Origin: Patescibacteria group bacterium
GTDB lineage: Bacteria > Patescibacteriota > Patescibacteriia > JAHIZJ01
Direction: 5' to 3'
Assembly (NCBI GenBank): GCA_028714495.1
Contig: JAQTMH010000002.1
Span: 75,471-139,470, forward strand
Length of the DNA: 64,000 bases
A program made the translations under genes and the position numbers. The notes beneath the pieces were generated by a model, which was not told the DNA's origin, did no database searches, and saw nothing but the letters and a program-made list of their open reading frames with translations. Shown here piece by piece: positions 56,095 to 64,000 of the stretch. The number at the start of each line of letters is the position of its first letter. The first letter of the stretch is position 1.

Positions 56095-56266
56095 ACTATC
56101 TCATAGTTTACACGTTTTTCGACATAATTCAAACACCCTTAGGCATACTAAATTGTCCTACCCAGCAATCCCTCTCGTGTAATTGCTGACCTCTCTATCC
56201 CTTGCCAAAGAATGGCCTTTTGTGGTTAAATATAAACGTAAATCAAAATTAAATAGGCAAGGAACC

Positions 56267-56356
56267 ATGAAATTTTTAGTTACCGGCGGCGCTGGAGCCT
56301 GCCCCACACCCCGGCAAGTTAATAGAATCATTTATCAACATAATTACTACTTATGA
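56267..56356 (+). CDS. 29-codon upstream ORF / 5' gene stub duplicating the first 10 residues (MKFLVTGGAG) of the downstream epimerase; its stop overlaps the epimerase ATG (ATGA)
   Basis: Translation MKFLVTGGAGACPTPRQVNRIIYQHNYYL; AGGAA 3 nt upstream. All six nucleotide differences against the epimerase's first 10 codons are synonymous. Confidence 0.4.
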   Translation: MKFLVTGGAGACPTPRQVNRIIYQHNYYL

Positions 56357-57279
56357 AATTCTTAGTAACCGGTGGTGCGGGGTTTATTGGCTCTCATCTG
56401 GTCGAAACCCTGATCAAACAAGGCAATCAAGTCCGAATTTTAGACAATCTCTCAACCGGCAAACGAAAAAATCTGCACCCAAAGGCCGAATTCATCGAAG
56501 CAGACATACGGAACCTTGATCAAACACGCCCGGCTTTTGTAGGGATTGACGGTGTTTTCCACGTCGCCGCTCTTCCCCGTGTCCAGGCTTCAATCGCTAA
56601 TCCCCTAGAATGCAATGGTTCAAATATCGATGGCACTTTAAACGTAATCTGGGCGGCCAAGGAAGCAGGTGTGAAAAAAATTGTTTACTCAGCCTCCTCA
56701 TCAGCTTATGGAGATTCGAAAGAGCTGCCTCTGAAAGAAACGATGAAGTCTGATCCGATCAGCCCCTACGCTCTCCAGAAATACGTCGGCGAGGTATATA
56801 TGAAATTAGCCGCCATGTTCTGGGGATTGGAAACAGTCTCACTCCGTTATTTCAACGTCTTTGGTCCGAATATGGCCGCCGAAGGAGCCTATGTTACAGT
56901 CATCGCCATATTTAACAGGCAAAAGCTTAATAATCAGCCACTAACTGCCACTGGAGACGGCGAGCAAACCCGTGATTTTACCTATGTCGATGACGTTATC
57001 CGAGCCAATTTATTAGCCATGGCTAGCACAAAAGTCGGCCAAGGCGAAGTTATTAATATCGGTAATAGCGACAATCGCAGCGTGAATTACATCGCGAAGG
57101 TAATCGGCGGGCCAGTCGAACATATCGCGGCGCGTGTCGAACCGCGCAACACTCTGGCTGACACCAGTAAAGCGAAGGAGCTTATCGGCTGGCAGCCTCA
57201 AGTCAGCTTCGACGAGGGTTTAAAAAGAACTATTAAATGGTATCAAGATAACGCGAATGAATTCATTACCCGAAAATAA
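56353..57279 (+). CDS. NAD-dependent epimerase/dehydratase (GalE/WbpP-like UDP-sugar 4-epimerase family)
   Basis: MKFLVTGGAGFIGSHL Rossmann N-terminus, S-x24-YxxxK (SPYALQK); 308 aa. Confidence 0.85.
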   Translation: MKFLVTGGAGFIGSHLVETLIKQGNQVRILDNLSTGKRKNLHPKAEFIEADIRNLDQTRPAFVGIDGVFHVAALPRVQASIANPLECNGSNIDGTLNVIWAAKEAGVKKIVYSASSSAYGDSKELPLKETMKSDPISPYALQKYVGEVYMKLAAMFWGLETVSLRYFNVFGPNMAAEGAYVTVIAIFNRQKLNNQPLTATGDGEQTRDFTYVDDVIRANLLAMASTKVGQGEVINIGNSDNRSVNYIAKVIGGPVEHIAARVEPRNTLADTSKAKELIGWQPQVSFDEGLKRTIKWYQDNANEFITRK

Positions 57280-58213
57280 ATCGATTTTAAAATATTCAGT
57301 CATTGTCCCAGTTTATAACGAAGAAGGGGCAGTAACCACACTCCATGCCGAAATAAAGTCGGTCATGGAACGCTTGGCCGAACCCTACGAAATTATCTTT
57401 GTTGATGATGGAAGCAAGGATAAAACATACGATAATCTTTTTACTCTCTCCCCTATAAAAATAATCCGCTTCCGGAAAAACTACGGTCAGACTGCGGCGC
57501 TGGATGCCGGTTTCAAAAACGCTCAGGGAGAAATCTTTATTACCATGGATGGCGATGGACAAAACGATCCGGCTGACATTCCGCGCCTGCTCAAGAAAAT
57601 GGATGAGGGCTATGATCTGGTTTCAGGCTGGCGTAGAAATAGAAAGGATTCATATTCGAAGCGATTTATATCCCGCGGCGCAAACTTGCTTCGCAAGTTC
57701 TTCGTCGCCGACCATATTAGAGATTCGGGCTGTACTCTCAAGGTTTACCGGCGAGAGTGTTTTGTCGATCTCGATCTCTTCGGTGAAATCCACCGTCTCA
57801 TACCGGCGGTACTGGCCTGGAAAGGCTTTAAAATCGGCGAACTAGAAGTCAATCATCGGCCGCGTCTTCACGGCAAAACAAAGTACAATTGGAAACGCAT
57901 GCTAAAAGGCCTCATTGACATGATGAGTGTCTGGTTCTGGCGGAAATACGCCAGCCGACCCCTGCATCTCTTTGGCGGGCTCGGTATTTTGTTCGGCAGT
58001 ATCGGATTCATTCTTGGTCTTACGCTGACTGTCCTGCGAATTTTACGAATTATCTCATTACAGAACAGCATTTGGCCGTTGGTGGCCGTCTTTCTCATCC
58101 TCGCTAGCATCCAGCTTTTTGTTTCGGGACTCCTGGGCGATATTGCGGTTAAAACATACTATAATGGCAAACGGAGCGTTTACACCATCCGGGAAATAAT
58201 TGAGAAAAAGTAA
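57257..58213 (+). CDS. GT2 polyprenol-phosphate glycosyltransferase (GtrB/ArnC/Dpm1-like) with C-terminal TM helices
   Basis: YSVIVPVYNEEGAV..., IFVDDGSKDKT and DGDGQND motifs; 2 C-terminal TM helices. Confidence 0.85.
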   Translation: MNSLPENKSILKYSVIVPVYNEEGAVTTLHAEIKSVMERLAEPYEIIFVDDGSKDKTYDNLFTLSPIKIIRFRKNYGQTAALDAGFKNAQGEIFITMDGDGQNDPADIPRLLKKMDEGYDLVSGWRRNRKDSYSKRFISRGANLLRKFFVADHIRDSGCTLKVYRRECFVDLDLFGEIHRLIPAVLAWKGFKIGELEVNHRPRLHGKTKYNWKRMLKGLIDMMSVWFWRKYASRPLHLFGGLGILFGSIGFILGLTLTVLRILRIISLQNSIWPLVAVFLILASIQLFVSGLLGDIAVKTYYNGKRSVYTIREIIEKK

Positions 58214-59359
58214 TTGGAGAAGTCAGTGAAACGACGCATTTTAATGCTTAATTATGAGTTCCCGCCGCTTGGGGGTGGGGCCGGGAATGCCACTTATTAC
58301 CTATTAAAAGAATTCTCTAAAAATCCCGACGTTGAGATCGATCTTGTAACTTCTTCAACGGGCAAATATAAGGAATATAGGTTTTCCGATAACATCACAA
58401 TATATTTTTTGGATATTGGAAAAAGCCCTGATTGGCAAAATCAGTCTGCCCGTGAATTGCTTACTTACTCTTGGAAGTCATTTTGGAAATCACACTCCTT
58501 GCTGCGAAAAAAAAATTATCATCTTGTCCACGCGTTTTTCGGTATCCCCTGCGGATTCATCGCTCTTCTACTAAATAAACCATACCTTGTTTCCCTACGT
58601 GGGATGGATGTGCCATTTTACAGCCAGAAATTCCACTGGCTTGATATCTTGTTTTTCCGCTGGTTAAGTGCACTTATCTGGAAAAGGGCTCAAATCGTAA
58701 TTGCAAATTCCCAAGGATTATGCGATTTGGCCTATCAGTCATACGCAAAAAAGAAAATAGACATTATCCCAAACGGTGTTGATACCGAACAATTCAAACC
58801 GAGATCAAAACAAAACAACATTTTTACTGTCTTGACCGTTGCCCGTTTGATACCACGGAAAGGAATCCAATATCTCGTCGAGGGTTTTGCAAAATTTACT
58901 GCTAAATTTTCCGAGAGCAAGTTAATTATCGTTGGTGATGGACCGATGAAAAATCAACTTCAGCAAAAAGCCGTCGAGCTACGGATTGACGACCGAATCG
59001 AATTCCCCGGTAATATTACCCATGACAAACTGCCTGGAATTTACCAAAAAGCTGATGTCTTCGTCCTGCCCTCATTAAACGAGGGTATGAGCAACTCAAT
59101 ACTGGAAGCCCTGGCCAGCGGCTTAGCGATTATCGCGACACCGACTGGTGGAAGTTCGGAACTGATCGATAAGGACAATGGAATAATTATTGAACCTAAA
59201 AATGCTCAAGCCATTACTTCGGCCTTGGAAAATTGCCTAGGCAATCAGAATAAACTGGCAAAAATGAAAATAAACAGCCGTGAAAAATCTGAATTATACA
59301 GCTGGCGCCGGGTAGCCGAAAAATATTATTCAGTTTATAAAAAAGTATGTGCGGAATAA
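58214..59359 (+). CDS. glycosyltransferase family 4 (GT-B)
   Basis: EGMSNSILEALASGLAIIATPTGG is the GT4 E-x7-E region; 381 aa. Confidence 0.85.
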   Translation: MEKSVKRRILMLNYEFPPLGGGAGNATYYLLKEFSKNPDVEIDLVTSSTGKYKEYRFSDNITIYFLDIGKSPDWQNQSARELLTYSWKSFWKSHSLLRKKNYHLVHAFFGIPCGFIALLLNKPYLVSLRGMDVPFYSQKFHWLDILFFRWLSALIWKRAQIVIANSQGLCDLAYQSYAKKKIDIIPNGVDTEQFKPRSKQNNIFTVLTVARLIPRKGIQYLVEGFAKFTAKFSESKLIIVGDGPMKNQLQQKAVELRIDDRIEFPGNITHDKLPGIYQKADVFVLPSLNEGMSNSILEALASGLAIIATPTGGSSELIDKDNGIIIEPKNAQAITSALENCLGNQNKLAKMKINSREKSELYSWRRVAEKYYSVYKKVCAE

Positions 59360-61212
59360 ATGGAATCGTAAAATTTGGCGACCAACCGGTCAGGGAAAAA
59401 GAGATCAGGAAAATGAACATCAAAATAAAGCATCGCGGACCTGACGATACCGGCGTTTTTATTGATAATGGCGTTGGACTGGGGCACAACCGCTTATCAA
59501 TTATTGACCTCACACTGCGCGGCCATCAACCAATGAGCTACACCTATCAGGGACGGACAGTGGTTATCACCTACAATGGAGAAATTTATAATTTCCAGGA
59601 GCTTCGTTCTGATCTTATATCCAAAGGGTACCGCTTCACTTCACAAACTGACACTGAGGTGATCTTGGCCGCTTACCTAGAATACGATACAGCCTGCTTA
59701 CAAAAATTCAACGGTATGTTTGCTTTCGTCATCTATGACGTCACAAAGCGAATTCTTTTCGGAGCACGAGATCGATTCGGAAAAAAGCCTCTTAAATATT
59801 ATCTGGATTCCGACAGGTTTATTTTCAGCTCGGAATTGAAGGCGATACTATGTTGTGGGGTAAAAAGAGAAATCGACTATTTGGCGATCAATGATTATCT
59901 TACCCTTCAATACGTTCCGGCGCCAAAGACTGGATTTCAGGGAATTTTTAAGCTGCCCCACGCACATTATTTTGTTTTAAATTTAACCACAAATAAATTC
60001 ACGATAAATCGTTACTATGATATTAACTATACAGACAAACTAGATCTTGCCGAGGCGGAATGGATTGAGGTAATAGAAAATCAGATCAGCCAAGCGGTAA
60101 AACGAAGGCTAATTTCTGATGTACCACTTGGTGCTTTTTTGTCCGGCGGAGTTGATAGTAGCGCTATTGTCGCCTTTATGAGCAAGCAAGTGACTAAAAT
60201 AAAAACCTTTACGATCGCTTTTGACTATAAGGATTTCAATGAAAGTCATTTTGCTCGTCGGGTTGCAGACCAGTATCACACAGATCATACGGAATTTAAT
60301 GTCCGATCCACGGACTTACTCAAATATATAGATTCTTTAGTGGAGCATTTTGAAGAACCCTACGCTGATAGTTCCCAACTACCGACCTATTTACTTTCGA
60401 AATATACGCGCGAACACGTCACGGTCGCATTAAGCGGCGACGCTGGCGATGAAAATTTCGGTGGCTATGATAAATACCGCCGCCACGTATTATTACGACG
60501 CTACCGACCACTCATCCACCTCCTAGCTATTGCGCAACCGTTGATTGGTTGGAGCTCGAAGCGTCTGACAAACGATTTTCTTGATCGACTTTCAATTTTC
60601 CTCCAGACTGTTCGAGCGACAACCCCCATGCGTCATTATAACTTCACATCGTATTTCGACGAATTTACGAAGGTCAATCTATATACTTCTGAATTCGCCG
60701 AACGGGTAATTCATCGCGTGAATCCGTTTGAGATGATAGCTAATACTTCCTTAACTGAAATGGATACGGTTTTTCACCTAGATTTCAATACCTACATCCC
60801 CGACGATATTAACGTTAAAGTTGACCTTGCCAGCATGGCGAATGCTCTGGAGGTTCGCGCGCCACTACTGGATTATGAGCTAGTCAACTTGATGGCGCGC
60901 ATGCCGTGGCAGCTAAAAGTCGGTATGATAAACAGCAAGATCATTTTTAAAAAAATGCTAAGAAGGTATCTACCTCATGAAATTCTTTATCGCAAAAAAT
61001 ATGGATTTTCCGTCCCCTTAAAACATTGGTTTAGGAATGAATTAAGAGATTTCGCCAAAAAAGTTGTGACGCAGGACAATGGGTTGGTTTTAAAGATTTT
61101 TAAAAAAGAAAAAATTCAGAAGCTTTTGCACGATCATCAAAAAGGCAAAGATAATTCGAAAAAGATCTGGTCCCTCATGGCGTTAAATATTTGGCACCGA
61201 CAAAACTTTTAA
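59347..61212 (+). CDS. asnB: asparagine synthetase (glutamine-hydrolysing) family amidotransferase
   Basis: N-terminal MCGI (Cys2 Ntn amidotransferase), SGGVDSS PP-loop; 621 aa. Confidence 0.88.
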   Translation: MCGINGIVKFGDQPVREKEIRKMNIKIKHRGPDDTGVFIDNGVGLGHNRLSIIDLTLRGHQPMSYTYQGRTVVITYNGEIYNFQELRSDLISKGYRFTSQTDTEVILAAYLEYDTACLQKFNGMFAFVIYDVTKRILFGARDRFGKKPLKYYLDSDRFIFSSELKAILCCGVKREIDYLAINDYLTLQYVPAPKTGFQGIFKLPHAHYFVLNLTTNKFTINRYYDINYTDKLDLAEAEWIEVIENQISQAVKRRLISDVPLGAFLSGGVDSSAIVAFMSKQVTKIKTFTIAFDYKDFNESHFARRVADQYHTDHTEFNVRSTDLLKYIDSLVEHFEEPYADSSQLPTYLLSKYTREHVTVALSGDAGDENFGGYDKYRRHVLLRRYRPLIHLLAIAQPLIGWSSKRLTNDFLDRLSIFLQTVRATTPMRHYNFTSYFDEFTKVNLYTSEFAERVIHRVNPFEMIANTSLTEMDTVFHLDFNTYIPDDINVKVDLASMANALEVRAPLLDYELVNLMARMPWQLKVGMINSKIIFKKMLRRYLPHEILYRKKYGFSVPLKHWFRNELRDFAKKVVTQDNGLVLKIFKKEKIQKLLHDHQKGKDNSKKIWSLMALNIWHRQNF

Positions 61213-61221
61213 AATTACTAT

Positions 61222-61929
61222 ATGGACTTTATAAAAAAAGGATGGAAAAGCTTTTCCGATAAAATGGGCGGCAGGCTGATTTATTGGCTCAGCGTATCGC
61301 ATCAATACCAGCTGTATCGAGCATATCACCGGATATTTAAGAAACATATTAAACCGGGACAAGAGCTTATAGACGTCGGCGCTGGACGGTTATTTTATCG
61401 TCGTATAATCCAAAATTATACAAAGAACTACAAAAGTATCGACGTCCAAAAAACTCATCCGGAAATTGATTTTATTGGAAGCAGCTCACATACCGGGCTA
61501 CCCGATAATTCGTACGACATAGTTTTTTGTTCAATGGTACTCGAACATACACCCAATCCCCAGGAGAGCTTTAAAGAATTCTTTCGTCTATTGCGACCCG
61601 GCGGCATAGCAATCATTGCCGTCCCCTTTTTAATATATCTTCACAACGAACCTCATGACTATTATCGCTATACCAAATATGCTTTGCGTCTGTTTGTTTC
61701 ATCATCTGGTTTGCAGGAAATTACACTTGATGAAATAGGCGGGATATTCGGTGCTTTCGGCAGTGTTGTAGCCATGGCATTGATCGGCCTAACCTGGAGA
61801 ATTCCGGTAATAAACTGGATAGTCTTTGCGTTCAACATGGGGATTCAGCTGATTCTATTGACTCTTGATATGCTATTCCCAACTAAAAAAATATTCCCGG
61901 CTAATTATCTACTGGTTATAACAAAATGA
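61222..61929 (+). CDS. class I SAM-dependent methyltransferase
   Basis: ELIDVGAGRLFYRR (motif I) and LLRPGGIAII (motif II/post I). Confidence 0.7.
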   Translation: MDFIKKGWKSFSDKMGGRLIYWLSVSHQYQLYRAYHRIFKKHIKPGQELIDVGAGRLFYRRIIQNYTKNYKSIDVQKTHPEIDFIGSSSHTGLPDNSYDIVFCSMVLEHTPNPQESFKEFFRLLRPGGIAIIAVPFLIYLHNEPHDYYRYTKYALRLFVSSSGLQEITLDEIGGIFGAFGSVVAMALIGLTWRIPVINWIVFAFNMGIQLILLTLDMLFPTKKIFPANYLLVITK

Positions 61930-62144
61930 ATAAACGGATATGTTTTTTTGCTCCTGATATGGCAGAACTTTTCTTTCCCGAATTTCGCAAAGTAAAATTT
62001 GGCGGATCTGAAGTCCAACCGCACATGCTGGCAAAAGAACTGGCGCGGATTTGCGGATTTTTCTGTTTCTGCGGTTACAATGCTTCAACTATCTTTCTTG
62101 GTCTTTTTATTAGATACCGATATTATGGCAAATTATTTTCATAA
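61926..62144 (+). pseudogene. N-terminal fragment of a GT4 glycosyltransferase gene (truncated remnant)
   Basis: MNKRICFFAPDMAELFFPEFRKVKFGGSEVQPHMLAKELARICGFF resembles a GT4 N-terminus (GGxExx...LAxxLA). It then degenerates and stops after 72 codons. ATGA overlap with the methyltransferase stop. Confidence 0.5.
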
Positions 62145-62243
62145 ATAACATGCTTTTTTCATATTTTTATATCGCTCTGGATAAAATCTTTTTTACCGCC
62201 AAAATCCTGCCGTTAAATTATTTAGTAATCGCGAGAAAATAAT

Positions 62244-63344
62244 ATGAGAATCGGCATTGCTGCTAGAGGGCTTTCGGAATTATGCGGCGGCGTGAAGCAA
62301 TATATCGAAAGTCTGACCAAATCTTTATTGCAAATTGATCATGAAAATCAATACTTTATTTTTTATGATAGCAAAACTCCTCAAGCAAAGTTTGACCAAG
62401 ACAAAGAAATCCTCTTAAAAACCAAGAATAAGCTCTGGTATGATTACGTAAAGTTGCCGCGAGCATTAATAAAACATAAAATCGATATATGCATTTTTCC
62501 GAAAAATGTTGTACCTTTCAACATAAAATGCAAGTCAATCGTGATTATTCACGATCTTCTTCATATCATGGATCCAAAAGTTTATAATCGGTTTGATTCT
62601 TTTTACATGCAATTAGCAATACCTTTTTCAGTAAAAAAAGCCGATATTGTTGTAACCGTCTCTGAAAATACTAAAAAAGATCTTCTAAAAATAACCGGTA
62701 TAAATGAGAAGAAAATTCACGTTATACATGAAGCGGCAGACGAAAAGTATCGAGTCATTCAAAATCACAATGAAGCCAAGAGACAATTATTGCATAAATA
62801 CCACATCACCTCCCCTTTTCTTTTATATGTCGGCTCGCTATCACCAAGAAAGAATATCCCGTGTTTGATTAAGGCCTTCGAAATATTAAATAAAACAAAC
62901 AACGTTCCTAGACAACTTGTACTGGCCGGTGGTAAAAGTTGGAAAGAGAAAGAAATTCTTAGGCTAATTAGAATATCTCCGCAATCTAAAAATATTAATT
63001 TAACCGGATTCATTACCGATGACGATTTGCCACTAATTTATAATCAAGCCGAGCTATTTATATATCCCTCACTCTACGAAGGATTTGGATTACCGATCTT
63101 GGAAGCCATGGCTTGCGGCTGTCCTGTTGTCTCCTCAAATTCAAGTTCATTACCGGAAGTGGCCGGAGACGCCGCGTTGTATTTCGATCCCACCAATGAA
63201 CATGAACTAGTAAACAAACTCTGTGCGGTAGCCGCAAACGATGAACTAAAGAAAAATCTTATTACAAGAGGATTAGTAAGAGCGAAACAATTCAAGTGGG
63301 AATATGTCGCTCAATCGATAATTAAAATCTATCATGAACTCTGA
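62244..63344 (+). CDS. glycosyltransferase family 4 (GT-B)
   Basis: C-terminal EGFGLPILEAMACGCPVVSSNSSSLPEV is a GT4 signature; 366 aa. Confidence 0.85.
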   Translation: MRIGIAARGLSELCGGVKQYIESLTKSLLQIDHENQYFIFYDSKTPQAKFDQDKEILLKTKNKLWYDYVKLPRALIKHKIDICIFPKNVVPFNIKCKSIVIIHDLLHIMDPKVYNRFDSFYMQLAIPFSVKKADIVVTVSENTKKDLLKITGINEKKIHVIHEAADEKYRVIQNHNEAKRQLLHKYHITSPFLLYVGSLSPRKNIPCLIKAFEILNKTNNVPRQLVLAGGKSWKEKEILRLIRISPQSKNINLTGFITDDDLPLIYNQAELFIYPSLYEGFGLPILEAMACGCPVVSSNSSSLPEVAGDAALYFDPTNEHELVNKLCAVAANDELKKNLITRGLVRAKQFKWEYVAQSIIKIYHEL

Positions 63345-63459
63345 TTGCTTGATGGTAAAGTCGAGAAAAAATATTTTTTTCTAATACTAGCAATAATTAA
63401 GACAAGAGATTCCTATTTGGATCAAAATTCAAAGTAGAATTAAACAATAAAAAAATACT

Positions 63460-64000
63460 ATGAATGAAGAACAATATGAAAATCTAACAGTATGTCCTAA
63501 TTGTGGTGGAAATAAAATATCGATGATTTTAAAAACTAGATATTTTTTAACAGACCAAAAAGACTTATTCTATTTAACCAAATGTAGCGATTGTTCTTTG
63601 TTTTTTCAAAACCCACGAGTAAAAGAAAATTATATTCATAATTATTACCCTGATTCTCTTCATTATTATGATTATAATGCCAATAACCATAAATTCTTTT
63701 CTAAAAGTGAATTAGAATTTTTAAGGAGAAATTGGGGTTATAGTTCTGACGGAATGATAAGGAAAGGTCCATTGTTAAATTACATAACTAAAAGAAATTT
63801 GATGATAAAACTAGTTCCAAAAAACGTGGAAAATGGCTCTCTGTTAGAAATTGGCTGTTCTTATGGACGTTATTTAAAAGCAATGAAGGAACTGGGGTGG
63901 GTAGTAAAAGGGATTGAACAAAACAAAAAGTCCGCAGATTATGCACATAATGTATTCAATTTAAACGTTCAGAATACAAATTTCGAGAAAGTTGACTTCG
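63460..64000 (+). CDS. SAM-dependent methyltransferase with N-terminal Cys4 zinc-ribbon (Methyltransf_13-like), 3' end truncated by window edge
   Basis: ATG at 63460; CPNCGG...CSDC zinc ribbon; LLEIGCSYGRYL motif I. This region is markedly more A/T-rich than the rest of the window. Confidence 0.7.
   Translation, partial: MNEEQYENLTVCPNCGGNKISMILKTRYFLTDQKDLFYLTKCSDCSLFFQNPRVKENYIHNYYPDSLHYYDYNANNHKFFSKSELEFLRRNWGYSSDGMIRKGPLLNYITKRNLMIKLVPKNVENGSLLEIGCSYGRYLKAMKELGWVVKGIEQNKKSADYAHNVFNLNVQNTNFEKVDF

Overview
This 64-kb window is densely coded (about 90%) with short intergenic spacers and a fragmented, rearranged division/cell-wall (dcw) cluster. It has a type IV pilus operon and large glycosylation loci, which I read as consistent with a small-genome, Patescibacteria/CPR-like bacterium. 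That assignment is inference from gene content only. Long ORFs are uninterrupted under the standard code, so I see no stop-codon recoding.

Features in order along the window:
1. Ribosomal/alpha-operon block on the minus strand: rpsI (partial), rplM, rplQ, rpoA, rpsD, rpsK, rpsM, rpmJ and infA. rpmJ is a 37-aa gene missing from the ORF track.
2. A plus-strand ABC-2 exporter pair.
3. ssb, followed by an operon of an asparaginase-family protein and a fusion of a nucleoside-deoxyribosyltransferase-like domain with a ribbon-helix-helix (RHH) DNA-binding domain.
4. A 1.1-kb GC-rich non-coding spacer downstream of murF (9915-11023).
5. Two dcw fragments: mraZ-rsmH-ftsL-ftsI-murF and murD-ftsW-murG-murC-murB. 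The 790-bp gap between them holds MraZ operator repeats and a divergent small basic-protein gene.
6. A frameshifted IS200/IS605-type HuH transposase.
7. A P-loop NTPase-GT2-mraY group, then a PMT/ArnT-like GT-C glycosyltransferase.
8. The pilus operon pilB-pilC, three pilin-like genes, pilM, pilN, pilO and a PilP-like gene, followed by rpmA.
9. pyrG, rplI, acyP, ctpA and murA.
10. A large surface-glycan locus: rmlABCD, ahcY, a PfkB kinase, two N/T-rich surface proteins with a novel repeated domain, a second GT-C enzyme, an epimerase, a GT2 polyprenol-phosphate sugar transferase, GT4s, asnB, methyltransferases and gene remnants.

The most notable non-coding finding is a tandem pair of paralogous candidate ncRNA genes, each about 250-300 nt, on the minus strand of that spacer. 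Each has its own TG-extended sigma-70 promoter and a long-stem intrinsic terminator, and neither matches an RNA family I can recognise. I also report a 50-nt promoter-associated repeat, GACGGCTCT iteron-like repeats upstream of ssb with a matching palindrome in the RHH-operon leader, and the protein O-glycosylation/pilus surface system.
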